From NCBI GenBank assembly GCA_023271875.1, contig JALPWY010000004.1, forward strand, positions 6,074-70,073: DNA of 64,000 bases, written 5' to 3'. Below, in pieces: positions 45,980-55,984 of the stretch; positions within the stretch are counted from its first letter, which is position 1, and each line of letters begins with the position of its first letter. The position numbers and the translations under genes are program-made. The notes below the pieces were generated by a model, which worked only from the letters and a program-made list of their open reading frames with translations, was not told the origin of the DNA and searched no databases. The stretch is from Nitrospinaceae bacterium (lineage in GTDB: Bacteria > Nitrospinota > Nitrospinia > Nitrospinales > VA-1).

Positions 45980-46519
45980 TTACATCCCTAGTTGTTGAGG
46001 GTATGTTGCTTCGGCCCGCTTTGGTCCCTTCAATGCAATTATGTTGTTGCTACTAGATAATTCAAACGTCTTGTCCGTATGCAGGCGTTGTTCCATATTT
46101 TCAAAGTGGACGAGTACTGGCGCCGGTTCAACGGTTTTGTCGGGAACAGATGGTGTAATAATGAAATCCTCAGAACTTAGTACATCCCTATATTTTCTTT
46201 TCATATTCATCTTATAGGCGTTGTAACCTTGGATAACTTCAGCTCCTGAATAAGGATCCTTGTTTACTACCTTATAATTGTCAGGTATGTAAACATTGGC
46301 AAAATAATCCGGTCCTAAAGAATGGTGAACAGTTGTTTTCATGGTAAGCAGGTGCACCGATTGGCTTGCAGGTACCAACTTCATTTCAACAAAGTAAGAA
46401 CGATCGTGAAAATTAAGGTTCTCTAAAAAAACTATCCCGTAAAGGGCGCTAAATTTAAACTGTAGAAAAATTCCAAGAAAAACCCAGCCTACAACTTTAA
46501 AATATTTTTTCATTTGCAA
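45980..46519 (-). CDS. hypothetical exported protein
   Basis: 179 aa with an N-terminal signal/anchor ([23 protein letters not shown]). Confidence 0.5.
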   Translation of the reverse strand: MQMKKYFKVVGWVFLGIFLQFKFSALYGIVFLENLNFHDRSYFVEMKLVPASQSVHLLTMKTTVHHSLGPDYFANVYIPDNYKVVNKDPYSGAEVIQGYNAYKMNMKRKYRDVLSSEDFIITPSVPDKTVEPAPVLVHFENMEQRLHTDKTFELSSSNNIIALKGPKRAEATYPQQLGM

Positions 46520-46767
46520 GAATTATCCAATTCGATTTTTGTCCGATGATTGAAAATTGTCAGATGGGAACAAGAGCAAGTAGTTTCTATGACTACTTGA
46601 ATGTAAAATAATTTTCTATAAAGATATACACATTATTGTATAAATATACCTAAATTTCAACATGCGGAATGGTGCTCAATATGTACCTTTGCTTCTCTTG
46701 TAGCCTTAAAGAAATTAGGTGGATATCTAACCGTTAATATTTTACTCCGGGTCCAGAGTTTTAGAGT

Positions 46768-47658
46768 ATGATTGCTGAATCACTACCTATACGTGTCGAG
46801 CTTATGACTACATCCTGTTTAGATGAAGTTGGTTTAAGTGAAGGTTGGAAAGCCAAGCTTTATCTAAAATTTATCGAAGAAAATAATAAAACAGTATTAA
46901 AGAAGCGTTCACACCAGGGACCACTGCAGGTACAGAAAGCATTTTACCCAGAGACAGGTGGTGCATGTCATGTCTATATTTTGCATCCACCGGGAGGGGT
47001 GGTCGGCGGTGATAGCTTTGATGTAAAAATTGAGGTGGACCCGAACGCAAAAGTTTTGGTAACCACTCCCGCTGCAGGTAAATTTTATAGAAGTGGCGGA
47101 GACGAAGCATATCAACAGCAGACAATTACGGTAGCTGATCATGGAGTGTTAGAGTGGTTTCCATCTGAAAATATTTTTTTCCCCGGTGCCAAGGTAAAAC
47201 TTGAAACGAGAGTTGATTTATCAAAGGAAAGTCATTTTATCGGTTGGGATATTCTGTGTTTGGGCAGACCTGCGATTGGAGAGACTTTTTCTCAAGGTCA
47301 ATTGACCCAGAAGTTAGAAATCTTTCAAAATGGGCGACTGATTCGTTTGGATAGGCTTGTTGTCAGGGAGAATGACGCGATCCTGGATGCAAAATGGGGC
47401 CTGGGAGGAAAGCCGATTGTGGGGAGTTTTTTTTGCCTCACTCCAAGAAAAAATCTCGTTGATTTGTTAAGACAAAACATTGGTTCACCGGAAAATGGTG
47501 ATTTGTTTTCAGTAACTTTTCTGGATGATATTATTCTTTGCCGATATTTGGGAAATAGTGTAGAACATGTGAAACGGCACTTTATAAAAGCTTGGCAATT
47601 ACTGCGCTTGGCTTTGCGGGACCACGAAGCTGTTATTCCGCGTGTATGGAACACATGA
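46768..47658 (+). CDS. ureD: urease accessory protein UreD
   Basis: 296 aa with GPLQVQKAFYPE..GACHVYILHPPGGVVGGD. It is the first gene of the urease operon. Confidence 0.88.
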   Translation: MIAESLPIRVELMTTSCLDEVGLSEGWKAKLYLKFIEENNKTVLKKRSHQGPLQVQKAFYPETGGACHVYILHPPGGVVGGDSFDVKIEVDPNAKVLVTTPAAGKFYRSGGDEAYQQQTITVADHGVLEWFPSENIFFPGAKVKLETRVDLSKESHFIGWDILCLGRPAIGETFSQGQLTQKLEIFQNGRLIRLDRLVVRENDAILDAKWGLGGKPIVGSFFCLTPRKNLVDLLRQNIGSPENGDLFSVTFLDDIILCRYLGNSVEHVKRHFIKAWQLLRLALRDHEAVIPRVWNT

Positions 47659-47724
47659 CTTGGATCAACCCATTTCATACTTGTTGTTAGATGTTAGTTT
47701 TGGCCTGCATAATTAGGATAGAAA

Positions 47725-48027
47725 ATGGAACTCTCGCCTCGAGAAAAAGATAAATTACTTATTTTTACATCTGGTTTGCTGGCAGAAAGACGATTATCGC
47801 GTGGAATCAAGCTGAATTATCCCGAAGCGGTGGCATATATATCGGCTGCGATTTTGGAAGGAGCCCGTGAAGGAAAAAGTGTTGCCGATCTTATGAGTCA
47901 TGGAACCCAGTTGCTCAAACGGGAAGACGTTATGGATGGTATTCCTGAAATGATCCATGAGGTGCAGGTCGAGGCAACATTTCCGGATGGGACAAAACTG
48001 GTTACGGTTCACAACCCAATAGTGTAA
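47725..48027 (+). CDS. ureA: urease subunit gamma
   Basis: 100 aa: [40 protein letters not shown]. Confidence 0.97.
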   Translation: MELSPREKDKLLIFTSGLLAERRLSRGIKLNYPEAVAYISAAILEGAREGKSVADLMSHGTQLLKREDVMDGIPEMIHEVQVEATFPDGTKLVTVHNPIV

Positions 48028-48038
48028 AGGACAAAGAC

Positions 48039-48356
48039 ATGATTCCTGGAGAATATGCGATTCAAAAGGGCGAGTTGGTCTTAAATGAAGGACGCAAAAA
48101 GATTACGTTATCAGTGGCAAACTTGGGAGATCGACCGGTTCAAGTTGGTTCGCACTATCATTTTCATGAAACCAACGCTGCATTGGAGTTTGATCGCGAG
48201 GCGTCTTGCGGTTTTCGATTGAATATCCCAGCAGGAACGGCGGTTCGTTTTGAACCGGGGCAAACTCGAGAGGTGGAGTTAGTTGCCTATGCGGGTTCCA
48301 GGCATGTTTACGGGTTCAACGCAAAAATTATGGGCCCACTGGAGAAAAAGTCATGA
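48039..48356 (+). CDS. ureB: urease subunit beta
   Basis: 105 aa: MIPGEY......L.LNEGRK...[20 protein letters not shown]. Confidence 0.97.
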   Translation: MIPGEYAIQKGELVLNEGRKKITLSVANLGDRPVQVGSHYHFHETNAALEFDREASCGFRLNIPAGTAVRFEPGQTREVELVAYAGSRHVYGFNAKIMGPLEKKS

Positions 48357-50056
48357 GTACTATTGACCGTCGCGCTTATGCAGATATGTTCGGCCCTACA
48401 GTAGGCGACCGTGTAAGATTGGGTGACACGGAACTCTGGATAGAAGTAGAAGAAGATAAAACGATATACGGTGAAGAAGTGAAGTTTGGCGGCGGTAAAG
48501 TCATTCGAGATGGTATGGGGCAAAGTCAACGGGTTTCAAAAGATGCCGTCGACGTGGTCATCACTAACGCCTTGATTTTGGATCACTGGGGCATTGTCAA
48601 GGCGGATATTGGGATAAAAGAGGGTCGTATTGTCGCTGTTGGTAAAGCCGGTAACCCTGATATTCAGTCAGGTGTAGATATCATCATTGGCCCTTCTACA
48701 GAAGCCATTGCTGGTGAAGGATTGATTGCGACAGCCGGAGGTATTGATGCTCATATTCATTTTATTTGCCCACAGCAAATTGATGATGCCTTAATGTCTG
48801 GTATCACAACTATGATTGGTGGCGGAACGGGACCAGCCGCCGGTACCAATGCAACCACATGTACGCCGGGCCCCTGGAATATTCAACGCATGTATCAGGC
48901 AGTAGAAGAACTTCCGATAAACTTTGGTTTTCTTGGTAAAGGGAATGCTAGTTTACCGCTGGCTCTGGAAGAACAAGTCCGGGCTGGTGCTATGGGTTTG
49001 AAACTGCATGAAGACTGGGGGACGACACCGGCAGCTATTGATAACTGTTTGAGTGTGGCTGAAAAATTTGATATTCAAGTAGCTATTCATACCGATACGC
49101 TGAATGAATCCGGTTTTGTCGAAAATACGATTGCCGCTTTTAAAAATCGAACCATTCATACCTATCATACAGAAGGTGCGGGTGGTGGGCATGCTCCCGA
49201 TATAATCAAGGCCTGTGGGGAAGCAAACGTTTTGCCTTCCTCTACTAATCCTACCCGCCCCTTTACGGTCAACACGGTCGACGAGCATTTGGACATGCTG
49301 ATGGTTTGCCATCACCTTGACTCAAAAATCCCTGAGGATGTTGCTTTTGCCGAATCAAGGATTCGAAGGGAAACTATCGCGGCGGAAGACATACTGCATG
49401 ACCTTGGGGCATTTAGTATGATCGCGTCAGACTCGCAGGCGATGGGTCGAATTGGAGAGGTGATAACCAGAACCTGGCAAACTGCGCATAAGATGAAAGT
49501 GCAGCGGGGCGCGCTGAAGCCAGACCCTGATCGCCATGATAATTTTCGCGCCAAACGTTATGTGGCAAAGTATACGATCAATCCAGCGATATCTCACGGG
49601 ATTGCTCATGAAGTGGGGTCGATTGAGTCAGGTAAGCTTGCGGACATCGTACTTTGGAAACCAGCTTTTTTTGGGGCAAAGCCTGCGATGATGATCAAGG
49701 GTGGGATGATTGTGGCGGCACCGATGGGTGACCCTAATGCCTCTATTCCTACTCCGCAGCCCGTTCATTACCGACCAATGTTTGGTGCCTTGGGCGGTGC
49801 CCGCAGTGAAACCTGTGTGAGTTTTGTTTCTCAAGCTGCTTGCGATGATGGCATCGGACAAAAACTGAAGTTGAATAAGAAAATCATTGGAGTTAAGAAT
49901 ACTCGTCAAATCAGAAAAAAAGATTTGATACACAATGACTACCAACCGAAGATGGAAGTGGATTCCCAAACCTACGAAGTCCGTGCGGATGGTGAGTTGT
50001 TGACGTGTGAACCTGCGGAAGTCTTGCCTTTAGCGCAGCGCTATTTTCTTTTTTGA
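48353..50056 (+). CDS. ureC: urease subunit alpha
   Basis: 567 aa with [58 protein letters not shown] and MVCHHL. It has an ATGA overlap with ureB. Confidence 0.98.
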   Translation: MSTIDRRAYADMFGPTVGDRVRLGDTELWIEVEEDKTIYGEEVKFGGGKVIRDGMGQSQRVSKDAVDVVITNALILDHWGIVKADIGIKEGRIVAVGKAGNPDIQSGVDIIIGPSTEAIAGEGLIATAGGIDAHIHFICPQQIDDALMSGITTMIGGGTGPAAGTNATTCTPGPWNIQRMYQAVEELPINFGFLGKGNASLPLALEEQVRAGAMGLKLHEDWGTTPAAIDNCLSVAEKFDIQVAIHTDTLNESGFVENTIAAFKNRTIHTYHTEGAGGGHAPDIIKACGEANVLPSSTNPTRPFTVNTVDEHLDMLMVCHHLDSKIPEDVAFAESRIRRETIAAEDILHDLGAFSMIASDSQAMGRIGEVITRTWQTAHKMKVQRGALKPDPDRHDNFRAKRYVAKYTINPAISHGIAHEVGSIESGKLADIVLWKPAFFGAKPAMMIKGGMIVAAPMGDPNASIPTPQPVHYRPMFGALGGARSETCVSFVSQAACDDGIGQKLKLNKKIIGVKNTRQIRKKDLIHNDYQPKMEVDSQTYEVRADGELLTCEPAEVLPLAQRYFLF

Positions 50057-50098
50057 TAAAAGTTTCTTCTCATATTTTTGCTGTTTTGGAAATGACCC

Positions 50099-50554
50099 AT
50101 GTTGGAAATCACAGAGCGCATTGAGGGTTACACGGGAACTTATTCTACTTCTCTAACCCTGCCATTTGATCAGAGACAAAAAAGCCGCCTACGAGTTACC
50201 CTTGATAATGGGAGTGAAGCTGCTCTCATTTTAAATAGAGGTGTTGTCCTACGTCATGGAGATTTGTTGCGTAGCGCATGCGGCAAAGTTATCGAAGTAC
50301 GTGCGTCTTTAGAATCTGTTTCCTTAGTTCGTGAACCGAATTCTCATTTGTTGTCTCGTGCCTGTTACCATTTAGGAAACCGTCATGTACCTCTGCAAAT
50401 CGGAGACGGTTCACTTTGTTATCTTCATGACCATGTCTTGGACGATATGGTGCGCTCCCTAGGATTGGTGGTTGAACACCAGGAGGCTTCTTTTGAGCCA
50501 GAGTCTGGGGCTTATCAAAATGATGGAAACCATCATCATACCCATGAGCACTAA
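50099..50554 (+). CDS. ureE: urease accessory protein UreE (His-rich C-terminus)
   Basis: 151 aa with LPFDQRQKSRLRVTLDNG, AC.HLGNRH, and the tail NDGNHHHTHEH. Confidence 0.9.
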   Translation: MLEITERIEGYTGTYSTSLTLPFDQRQKSRLRVTLDNGSEAALILNRGVVLRHGDLLRSACGKVIEVRASLESVSLVREPNSHLLSRACYHLGNRHVPLQIGDGSLCYLHDHVLDDMVRSLGLVVEHQEASFEPESGAYQNDGNHHHTHEH

Positions 50555-51242
50555 CAACTTCCCGTCCCACTTGCAGAATCCCAGTTTATTAAAGTTAATG
50601 CGTCTTACTAGCCCGTCACTTCCTATTGGTGGGTACTCGTATTCACAGGGATTGGAGTTTGCTATATCATCTGGATGGGTACATGATGCATCCACAGCAT
50701 CAGATTGGATTCAAGGACTGTTAACAAACTCATTGATTAATTTAGACCTACCTGTACTGAAAAATCTGTATGAGGCCTGGGAGGAACCTGGTACGGATAG
50801 AGTTCGTTATTGGAATAATTTTTTATCGGCAAATAGAGATGCTTTTGAACTTCAAGAAGAAGACCGACAATTAGGAAAAGCCTTGGCGCGTCTCTTGGTT
50901 GACTTGGACTTGGAAGAAGCGAAGCCTTTCTTGAATCCTCCCTATGGAGGATTCCTTACTTTATATGCTTTAGCATCCGTAAGGTGGCATATTTCTTTAA
51001 ACGATGCGGCACACGGTTTTTTGTGGATGTGGGCGGAAAATAAAGTTTTATGTGCCGTGAAATTAATACCGTTAGGGCAAACCGATGGACAAAAAATTTT
51101 ATCAGCGGTTATTGAAACCATTTCTCATGTGATTATGCGGGGGTTAGATTTACCTGATGAGGATATTGGGTATACTACTCCCGCGCAGGGAATAGCAAGC
51201 GCCCTGCATGAAACTCAGTACACAAGATTATTTCGTTCGTAG
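50544..51242 (+). CDS. ureF: urease accessory protein UreF
   Basis: The track ORF starts at 50472, inside ureE. ATG 50544 gives MSTNNFPSHLQNPSLLKLMRLTSPSLPIGGYSYSQGLEFAI, the canonical UreF N-terminus. It overlaps ureE by 11 nt. Confidence 0.88.
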   Translation: MSTNNFPSHLQNPSLLKLMRLTSPSLPIGGYSYSQGLEFAISSGWVHDASTASDWIQGLLTNSLINLDLPVLKNLYEAWEEPGTDRVRYWNNFLSANRDAFELQEEDRQLGKALARLLVDLDLEEAKPFLNPPYGGFLTLYALASVRWHISLNDAAHGFLWMWAENKVLCAVKLIPLGQTDGQKILSAVIETISHVIMRGLDLPDEDIGYTTPAQGIASALHETQYTRLFRS

Positions 51243-51263
51243 ACAATAAAAGTATTTAAAAGT

Positions 51264-51878
51264 ATGAGCAAAAAACAAGTTTTGAGGGTTGGGGTAGGGG
51301 GTCCGGTGGGCTCTGGAAAAACCGCATTGATTAATGAGCTTTGTAAACAATTACGCGAAAAATTTGAAATCGCAGTAGTGACCAATGATATCTACACGAA
51401 AGAGGATGCTCAGTTTTTAATCAAACACAAGGCCTTGGAAGAGGATCGTATTCTGGGTGTAGAGACGGGAGGATGTCCACATACGGCGATTCGCGAAGAC
51501 GCTTCGATGAACCTTTCTGCTGTGGATGAGTTAAGTGTTCGTTTCCCCAACCTGGATTTGATTATAGTTGAGAGTGGCGGCGATAACCTTGCAGCTACAT
51601 TTAGCCCTGAACTATCAGACCTTACTATTTATGTCATCGATGTTGCAGCAGGCGACAAAATTCCCCGCAAGGGAGGTCCGGGCATCACGAAGTCTGATTT
51701 GCTGGTTATCAACAAAATTGACCTGGCTCCACATGTTGGTGCTTCTCTAGAAGTTATGGAACGCGACGCAAAAAAAATGAGAGAGGAAAGACCTTTTGTC
51801 TTCTCTAACTTAAAAAATGGCGCTGGGGCAGGAGAGGTTGTGCAGTTTATCATTGAACAGGGTTTGCTCGGTTCTTAA
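51264..51878 (+). CDS. ureG: urease accessory GTPase UreG
   Basis: 204 aa with [12 protein letters not shown] (P-loop), [16 protein letters not shown] and INKIDLAP. Confidence 0.97.
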   Translation: MSKKQVLRVGVGGPVGSGKTALINELCKQLREKFEIAVVTNDIYTKEDAQFLIKHKALEEDRILGVETGGCPHTAIREDASMNLSAVDELSVRFPNLDLIIVESGGDNLAATFSPELSDLTIYVIDVAAGDKIPRKGGPGITKSDLLVINKIDLAPHVGASLEVMERDAKKMREERPFVFSNLKNGAGAGEVVQFIIEQGLLGS

Positions 51879-51906
51879 TTTTATTTTATTGAAGGTTTTG
51901 TGAACA

Positions 51907-52668
51907 ATGGTTTTGAATGTAAACTTTTTAAAAGTGGTAGTGGTTTTTATTTTTTTTAGCCCATCTGTTTTTGGGATTGCGGAGGGGGCTGGATCGAAAA
52001 AAAGTAAAGTTAAAATTACATTTCGATCTCAATTTTATGAGAGCTCTCCCCTTATCAATCTAAAATTAAATCACCCGATCAAAATTTCACAGGCAGAAAT
52101 TATCAATCATATGGTTTCGCTAAAATTCAAGGGTACCTTTATCGGGAATAAAGAAGAGCCTGTTTTTTCCGTTTCCGAGATTCAAACATTAGCCCCGATT
52201 CTTTTCAAGGCATTTGGAGGGGTGAGCCCTGAAAAAATTATTCGGATTCAACTAAAGAGCCTAGGTGGCATCACATCTGGGGATATTTTTTCTTTTAAAA
52301 AATATTTAAACTGGCGTTTCGATTCAATTCGGGGTGAAACGTTTCTACAGGAAAATAATGTTCGTAGCTGGAATATTTTTTCTTGGAAAATGATACCCAA
52401 GAATGATCAACTTTACTTTAAGTCAGGAATAGATAAGCGCATACAGAAAAACTGGATTATTTCAAAACTGAAGCTACCTATTTCCGGCCAGGAGAATATG
52501 GATAACCGGAGATCTTTTGATAGTCAGCAAAAAGAACCTTCAGAAAATAATATCAATCCCAAGTTAGAGGAAAAACTGGAGCACCTTAAATACCTTTACG
52601 ACAAACAACTGATAAGCGAAGAAGAATATCAAAATCAGCAAAAAAAGGTTTTTGATGAGTTGTTTTGA
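51907..52668 (+). CDS. exported hypothetical protein with a C-terminal SHOCT-like motif
   Basis: 253 aa with a signal peptide. The tail EEKLEHLKYLYDKQLISEEEYQNQQKKVFDELF fits the SHOCT short C-terminal domain pattern. Confidence 0.55.
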   Translation: MVLNVNFLKVVVVFIFFSPSVFGIAEGAGSKKSKVKITFRSQFYESSPLINLKLNHPIKISQAEIINHMVSLKFKGTFIGNKEEPVFSVSEIQTLAPILFKAFGGVSPEKIIRIQLKSLGGITSGDIFSFKKYLNWRFDSIRGETFLQENNVRSWNIFSWKMIPKNDQLYFKSGIDKRIQKNWIISKLKLPISGQENMDNRRSFDSQQKEPSENNINPKLEEKLEHLKYLYDKQLISEEEYQNQQKKVFDELF

Positions 52669-52829
52669 TTATATTTTATGCTGATATCTGGAATGTCTTA
52701 ATTGCTAGCGGTTAATGGTAAGTGTTTATTTAAATTCAATAGTATTTTTGCGTTTTACTTGGTATCTTTTTCATTAATTGTTCAAGTTGTTTTATCCAGA
52801 CCTCATGATTAGGGTTATTTATTTGCCAC

Positions 52830-53145
52830 TCACACCCCTTCAAAAACATAGGAAAGTGCTTGGAATTCTGTTAAATCTCTCCGCATATGTCTCTTGGCTT
52901 GGTTTTAAAAATTTTCAATTAAATTGATGTGGTTTCGTCTGCCATTAAACAATTTTGAATGATGAATGCATTAGATAAAGTTTATCTTGTGTCCGATTTA
53001 GGTCTGTTTTTTTAAGCTCTTCGGATTGATATAGACAACAATATTCAGCCATAACTGATTAATTCTATGATATTATCATGACAGTATTGGTACCTGTAAC
53101 GGTAGTTTGGCAGGTGATTTTTGCAGTAACTTTTATCAAATCGAC
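52830..53145 (-). pseudogene. decayed IS1595-family (ISXO2-like) transposase C-terminal remnant
   Basis: The reverse strand reads, across frames and stops, FNGRRNHINLIENF*NQAKRHMRR and then ERFNRIPSTFLCF. My recollection of the ISXO2-like consensus is NHINGIENFW.QAKRHLRKFNGIPKEHFHLFL. There is no intact ORF. Confidence 0.5.
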
Positions 53146-53197
53146 CTAACCTATAGCTCCCCTCTAGTTGACAAAAACTTCCCTGCGGAAATGTTTT

Positions 53198-54787
53198 ATG
53201 GATCTAAAAAAAATAGTTTTTGCGGCATGTTTTTTGGTTCTTATTTTGATAAGTTTCGGAGTTAAGCTCATTGAGTTTGATAATCCCTTTTCTGGATTTC
53301 ATCAGTTAAGACAATTAGACAACTTGGTTGCCATAGAAAACTATTTCCTGGAAGGGATAGAATTAAAGAGACTTACAGCGTCTGGGGGTTATGTAGTCTT
53401 TGAGTTCCCGATTTACCAAGCCCTTGTTGCTTATTTGTCTTCTTCTCTTGATGATGTTTTATTCTTTGCCAGAAGCATTAACTTGGTGTTTGCATTTTTG
53501 AGTATGGTTTTAATATTTAAAATTGCAGACATCTTGTTTGATATTAAAACGGCTATTTACGCCACCCTATTTTTTGCCTTTGCTCCTCTGAACTTGTCGT
53601 ATCATCGAGCCGTTATGATGGATATTTCATCTATCTTCTTTTGTCTTGCGGCAACATGGTCATTGACAGCGTATTTAAATAATAAAAATAAATTTTGGCA
53701 TCTTCCTTTGTTTGTTGTTACTGGAGGTTTATCTGTCGTGACCAAAGCTTTATATTTTTTTCCGGTTGGGGCTATTGCGTTAGCTAATTTTATTAATCAA
53801 TATCGGTCTCCCTTTTTTGCCAACGCAACAAATTACATAAAGAAGAATTTAGGACTTGTCTTATCCTTTATTCTTGTTGTAGCTATTATGTTTGGATGGA
53901 TGTGGGTGGTGAAATCTGCAAATGGGCCTGGTGGCCAAGGGTTAATGACATTTTTAGCGGATTGGAGATTTCTATTTTCCCTCAAATATTATGCGTTACT
54001 CGTGTTTCGTTTTACCCTACTTATATTAAATCCATTTACTTTTTTTCTATTCATAATTGGAATGGTGTTAATTTGGTCACGGTATCGGAAGAAAGACTCG
54101 ATCGCCCTCCCATTTTTGATCCCTTTGTACTTCATTTTTTTTGGGTATATAAACTTTCCTCATGAATACTATGCCCTCATCATGGTTCCTTACTGCTCAT
54201 TAGTCGCTGGAGTTGGTGCAGCATGGTTGGAAGGAGTATTGACCACTAACAAACTCCTAAGTACGCGGGAATGGACGCTGGGAATTATATGTGTTTTTTC
54301 CTCAATTGTTTCGGTTTTAATATTTTTCTTAAACTTTCTTGTGGGTTCCCCTAACCTTGATCAGAGAACTGTGCAAATCGAGCAAGAGATGAAGTCGGTG
54401 CTTGAACCTCGTCAGTTTTCGAAAGTATATGTTAACAAGCCAAACTTTGCTCTTTTCGATTATATAAAATACAACAGGTCATTATATCTTTCCCATGCCT
54501 TGAATATGAGGTCTGAAGAAGATATTAGGGTGTATGGCCGACCTATAACTCAACATGAAATGATGTATGCCTTAAGACAATATGGTGGGATTCAATTTAC
54601 CCAAGAGGGTATTCCAAAAGTAAATGTTATGCTTTTGCGGCAGGGTCACCTAAAAAACCTGAGATATGTTATGTTCTATAGATATTTTAAAGATCAAAGA
54701 TCTCAGATTAAAATAAATATGTCTGGATACGAAATCTTTTATGAGTCTAGCGATTGGATAGTTTATGACCTGAATATAGGAAAGTGA
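53198..54787 (+). CDS. GT-C-fold membrane glycosyltransferase (PMT_2 / ArnT-like, GT39/GT83-type)
   Basis: The track ORF begins at TTG 53168; I prefer ATG 53198 (MDLKKIVFAACFLVLILISFG). It has about 11-12 TM helices over 400 aa, followed by a soluble C-terminal domain. This is the typical layout of polyprenyl-phosphate-sugar-dependent GT-C enzymes. Confidence 0.65.
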   Translation: MDLKKIVFAACFLVLILISFGVKLIEFDNPFSGFHQLRQLDNLVAIENYFLEGIELKRLTASGGYVVFEFPIYQALVAYLSSSLDDVLFFARSINLVFAFLSMVLIFKIADILFDIKTAIYATLFFAFAPLNLSYHRAVMMDISSIFFCLAATWSLTAYLNNKNKFWHLPLFVVTGGLSVVTKALYFFPVGAIALANFINQYRSPFFANATNYIKKNLGLVLSFILVVAIMFGWMWVVKSANGPGGQGLMTFLADWRFLFSLKYYALLVFRFTLLILNPFTFFLFIIGMVLIWSRYRKKDSIALPFLIPLYFIFFGYINFPHEYYALIMVPYCSLVAGVGAAWLEGVLTTNKLLSTREWTLGIICVFSSIVSVLIFFLNFLVGSPNLDQRTVQIEQEMKSVLEPRQFSKVYVNKPNFALFDYIKYNRSLYLSHALNMRSEEDIRVYGRPITQHEMMYALRQYGGIQFTQEGIPKVNVMLLRQGHLKNLRYVMFYRYFKDQRSQIKINMSGYEIFYESSDWIVYDLNIGK

Positions 54788-54830
54788 GAAGAACCAAAAT
54801 TTAGTCAAAGCTATTAGGTGTTATCATTAA

Positions 54831-55904
54831 GTGATAATGAAAAATAAAAAAACAAAAAATAAATATCTATTAATTAGAATCAAAATTGCTCTTTCTATTG
54901 TTATGAAAGGGAAGGTTTCTTTAAAAAAGATTTTTAATGCCGCGCATTGTTGGATTGCTCAAAAATTTCGTTTTGTGAAATCTTCTAAATTTCCGTTTTT
55001 GATTAACTTCGAACTGTGGAATGAGTGTAACGCTCAGTGTACATTTTGTAGAAGCGAAGATGGTGGGATATATGACCTTAACCCCGATAACTTAGGGCAG
55101 GCTTCTATTGAAAAGGGGAGAATGCCCATTAAAATGTTTAAGGAAATAATTGAACAGTCAAAGGATCATATTCTTCTTGCAGTGCCCTATGTGAATGGCG
55201 AGCCCTTGATGTATCCGGATTTATACGAAGCCCTTAAATTCGCATCAGACAGGAAGGTGGCAACATTGATTTCTACCAACGGTGAGTTGTTAACGGAACA
55301 AAATATTAAGAAACTTTTGGATTCCTCTTTGGACTTTATCAAAATCGCTATAAGTGGTTTCTCGCAAGATGTTTTTACGATTCAGCATCGTGGCTGCGAT
55401 ATTGAGAAGATCAAGGAGAATATGAAAAACCTGGCACGCATGAGAGATGAAGGAGGACATAAAATATTAGTTATGATCGACTATATTTATTATGAATACA
55501 ATGCGCATGAATATTCAGAGGCCCTTGAATTGGGCCGGGAGCTTGATTTTATAGTAAGTCGTAGACCAGGGAATCTACATAAGTTAGCCGAAGAGCATCC
55601 AGAATTAGCAAAAAAAGAGAAGCCACAGGATGATGTCACAAGTCTGCCGGTAAAAGATCTTTGTGAGTGGCCCTGGAAAGTTATGACTGTAAACTGGGAT
55701 GGAAGTATTTATCCGTGTTGCGATTATGTTGTGTGGGGCGATCAGAAGACTGATGCAGTATTTCAGATAGGTAAAAGCAAAATAGAAGAAATCTGGAATG
55801 GATCAACAAAAATTAACAACCGGAGGGTCCACTTAACAGATGGGCGTGCAGGATATGACATTTGTTCCGAATGTACGCGCACCGGCACCGCCTTCAAATT
55901 TTAA
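54831..55904 (+). CDS. radical SAM protein with a C-terminal SPASM/twitch-type Cys-rich domain
   Basis: 357 aa. The CX3CX2C motif is at NECNAQCTFCRS. The C-terminal Cys cluster is CEWPWKVMTVNWDGSIYPCCDY....CSECTRTG. Confidence 0.8.
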   Translation: MIMKNKKTKNKYLLIRIKIALSIVMKGKVSLKKIFNAAHCWIAQKFRFVKSSKFPFLINFELWNECNAQCTFCRSEDGGIYDLNPDNLGQASIEKGRMPIKMFKEIIEQSKDHILLAVPYVNGEPLMYPDLYEALKFASDRKVATLISTNGELLTEQNIKKLLDSSLDFIKIAISGFSQDVFTIQHRGCDIEKIKENMKNLARMRDEGGHKILVMIDYIYYEYNAHEYSEALELGRELDFIVSRRPGNLHKLAEEHPELAKKEKPQDDVTSLPVKDLCEWPWKVMTVNWDGSIYPCCDYVVWGDQKTDAVFQIGKSKIEEIWNGSTKINNRRVHLTDGRAGYDICSECTRTGTAFKF

Positions 55905-55984
55905 ATGGATGATCGCTAAATAGTGGTCTTGTAATTGTGTGATTTAACCTCTCCTTAAATTTCAAAAAACTCTAAAACAATCTA

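Noticed and set aside
46620-46650. NtcA-like palindrome (GTATAAATATAC) upstream of ureD
   Set aside because: The spacing is GTA-N6-TAC, not the GTA-N8-TAC required for NtcA. The region is generally AT-rich, so the match is likely fortuitous. A TGGTGC...TTGC pair nearby has the wrong spacing for sigma-54.
50472-50543. Track start of ureF at 50472
   Set aside because: It would overlap ureE by 83 nt and add a non-conserved N-terminus. ATG 50544 gives the canonical UreF N-terminus.
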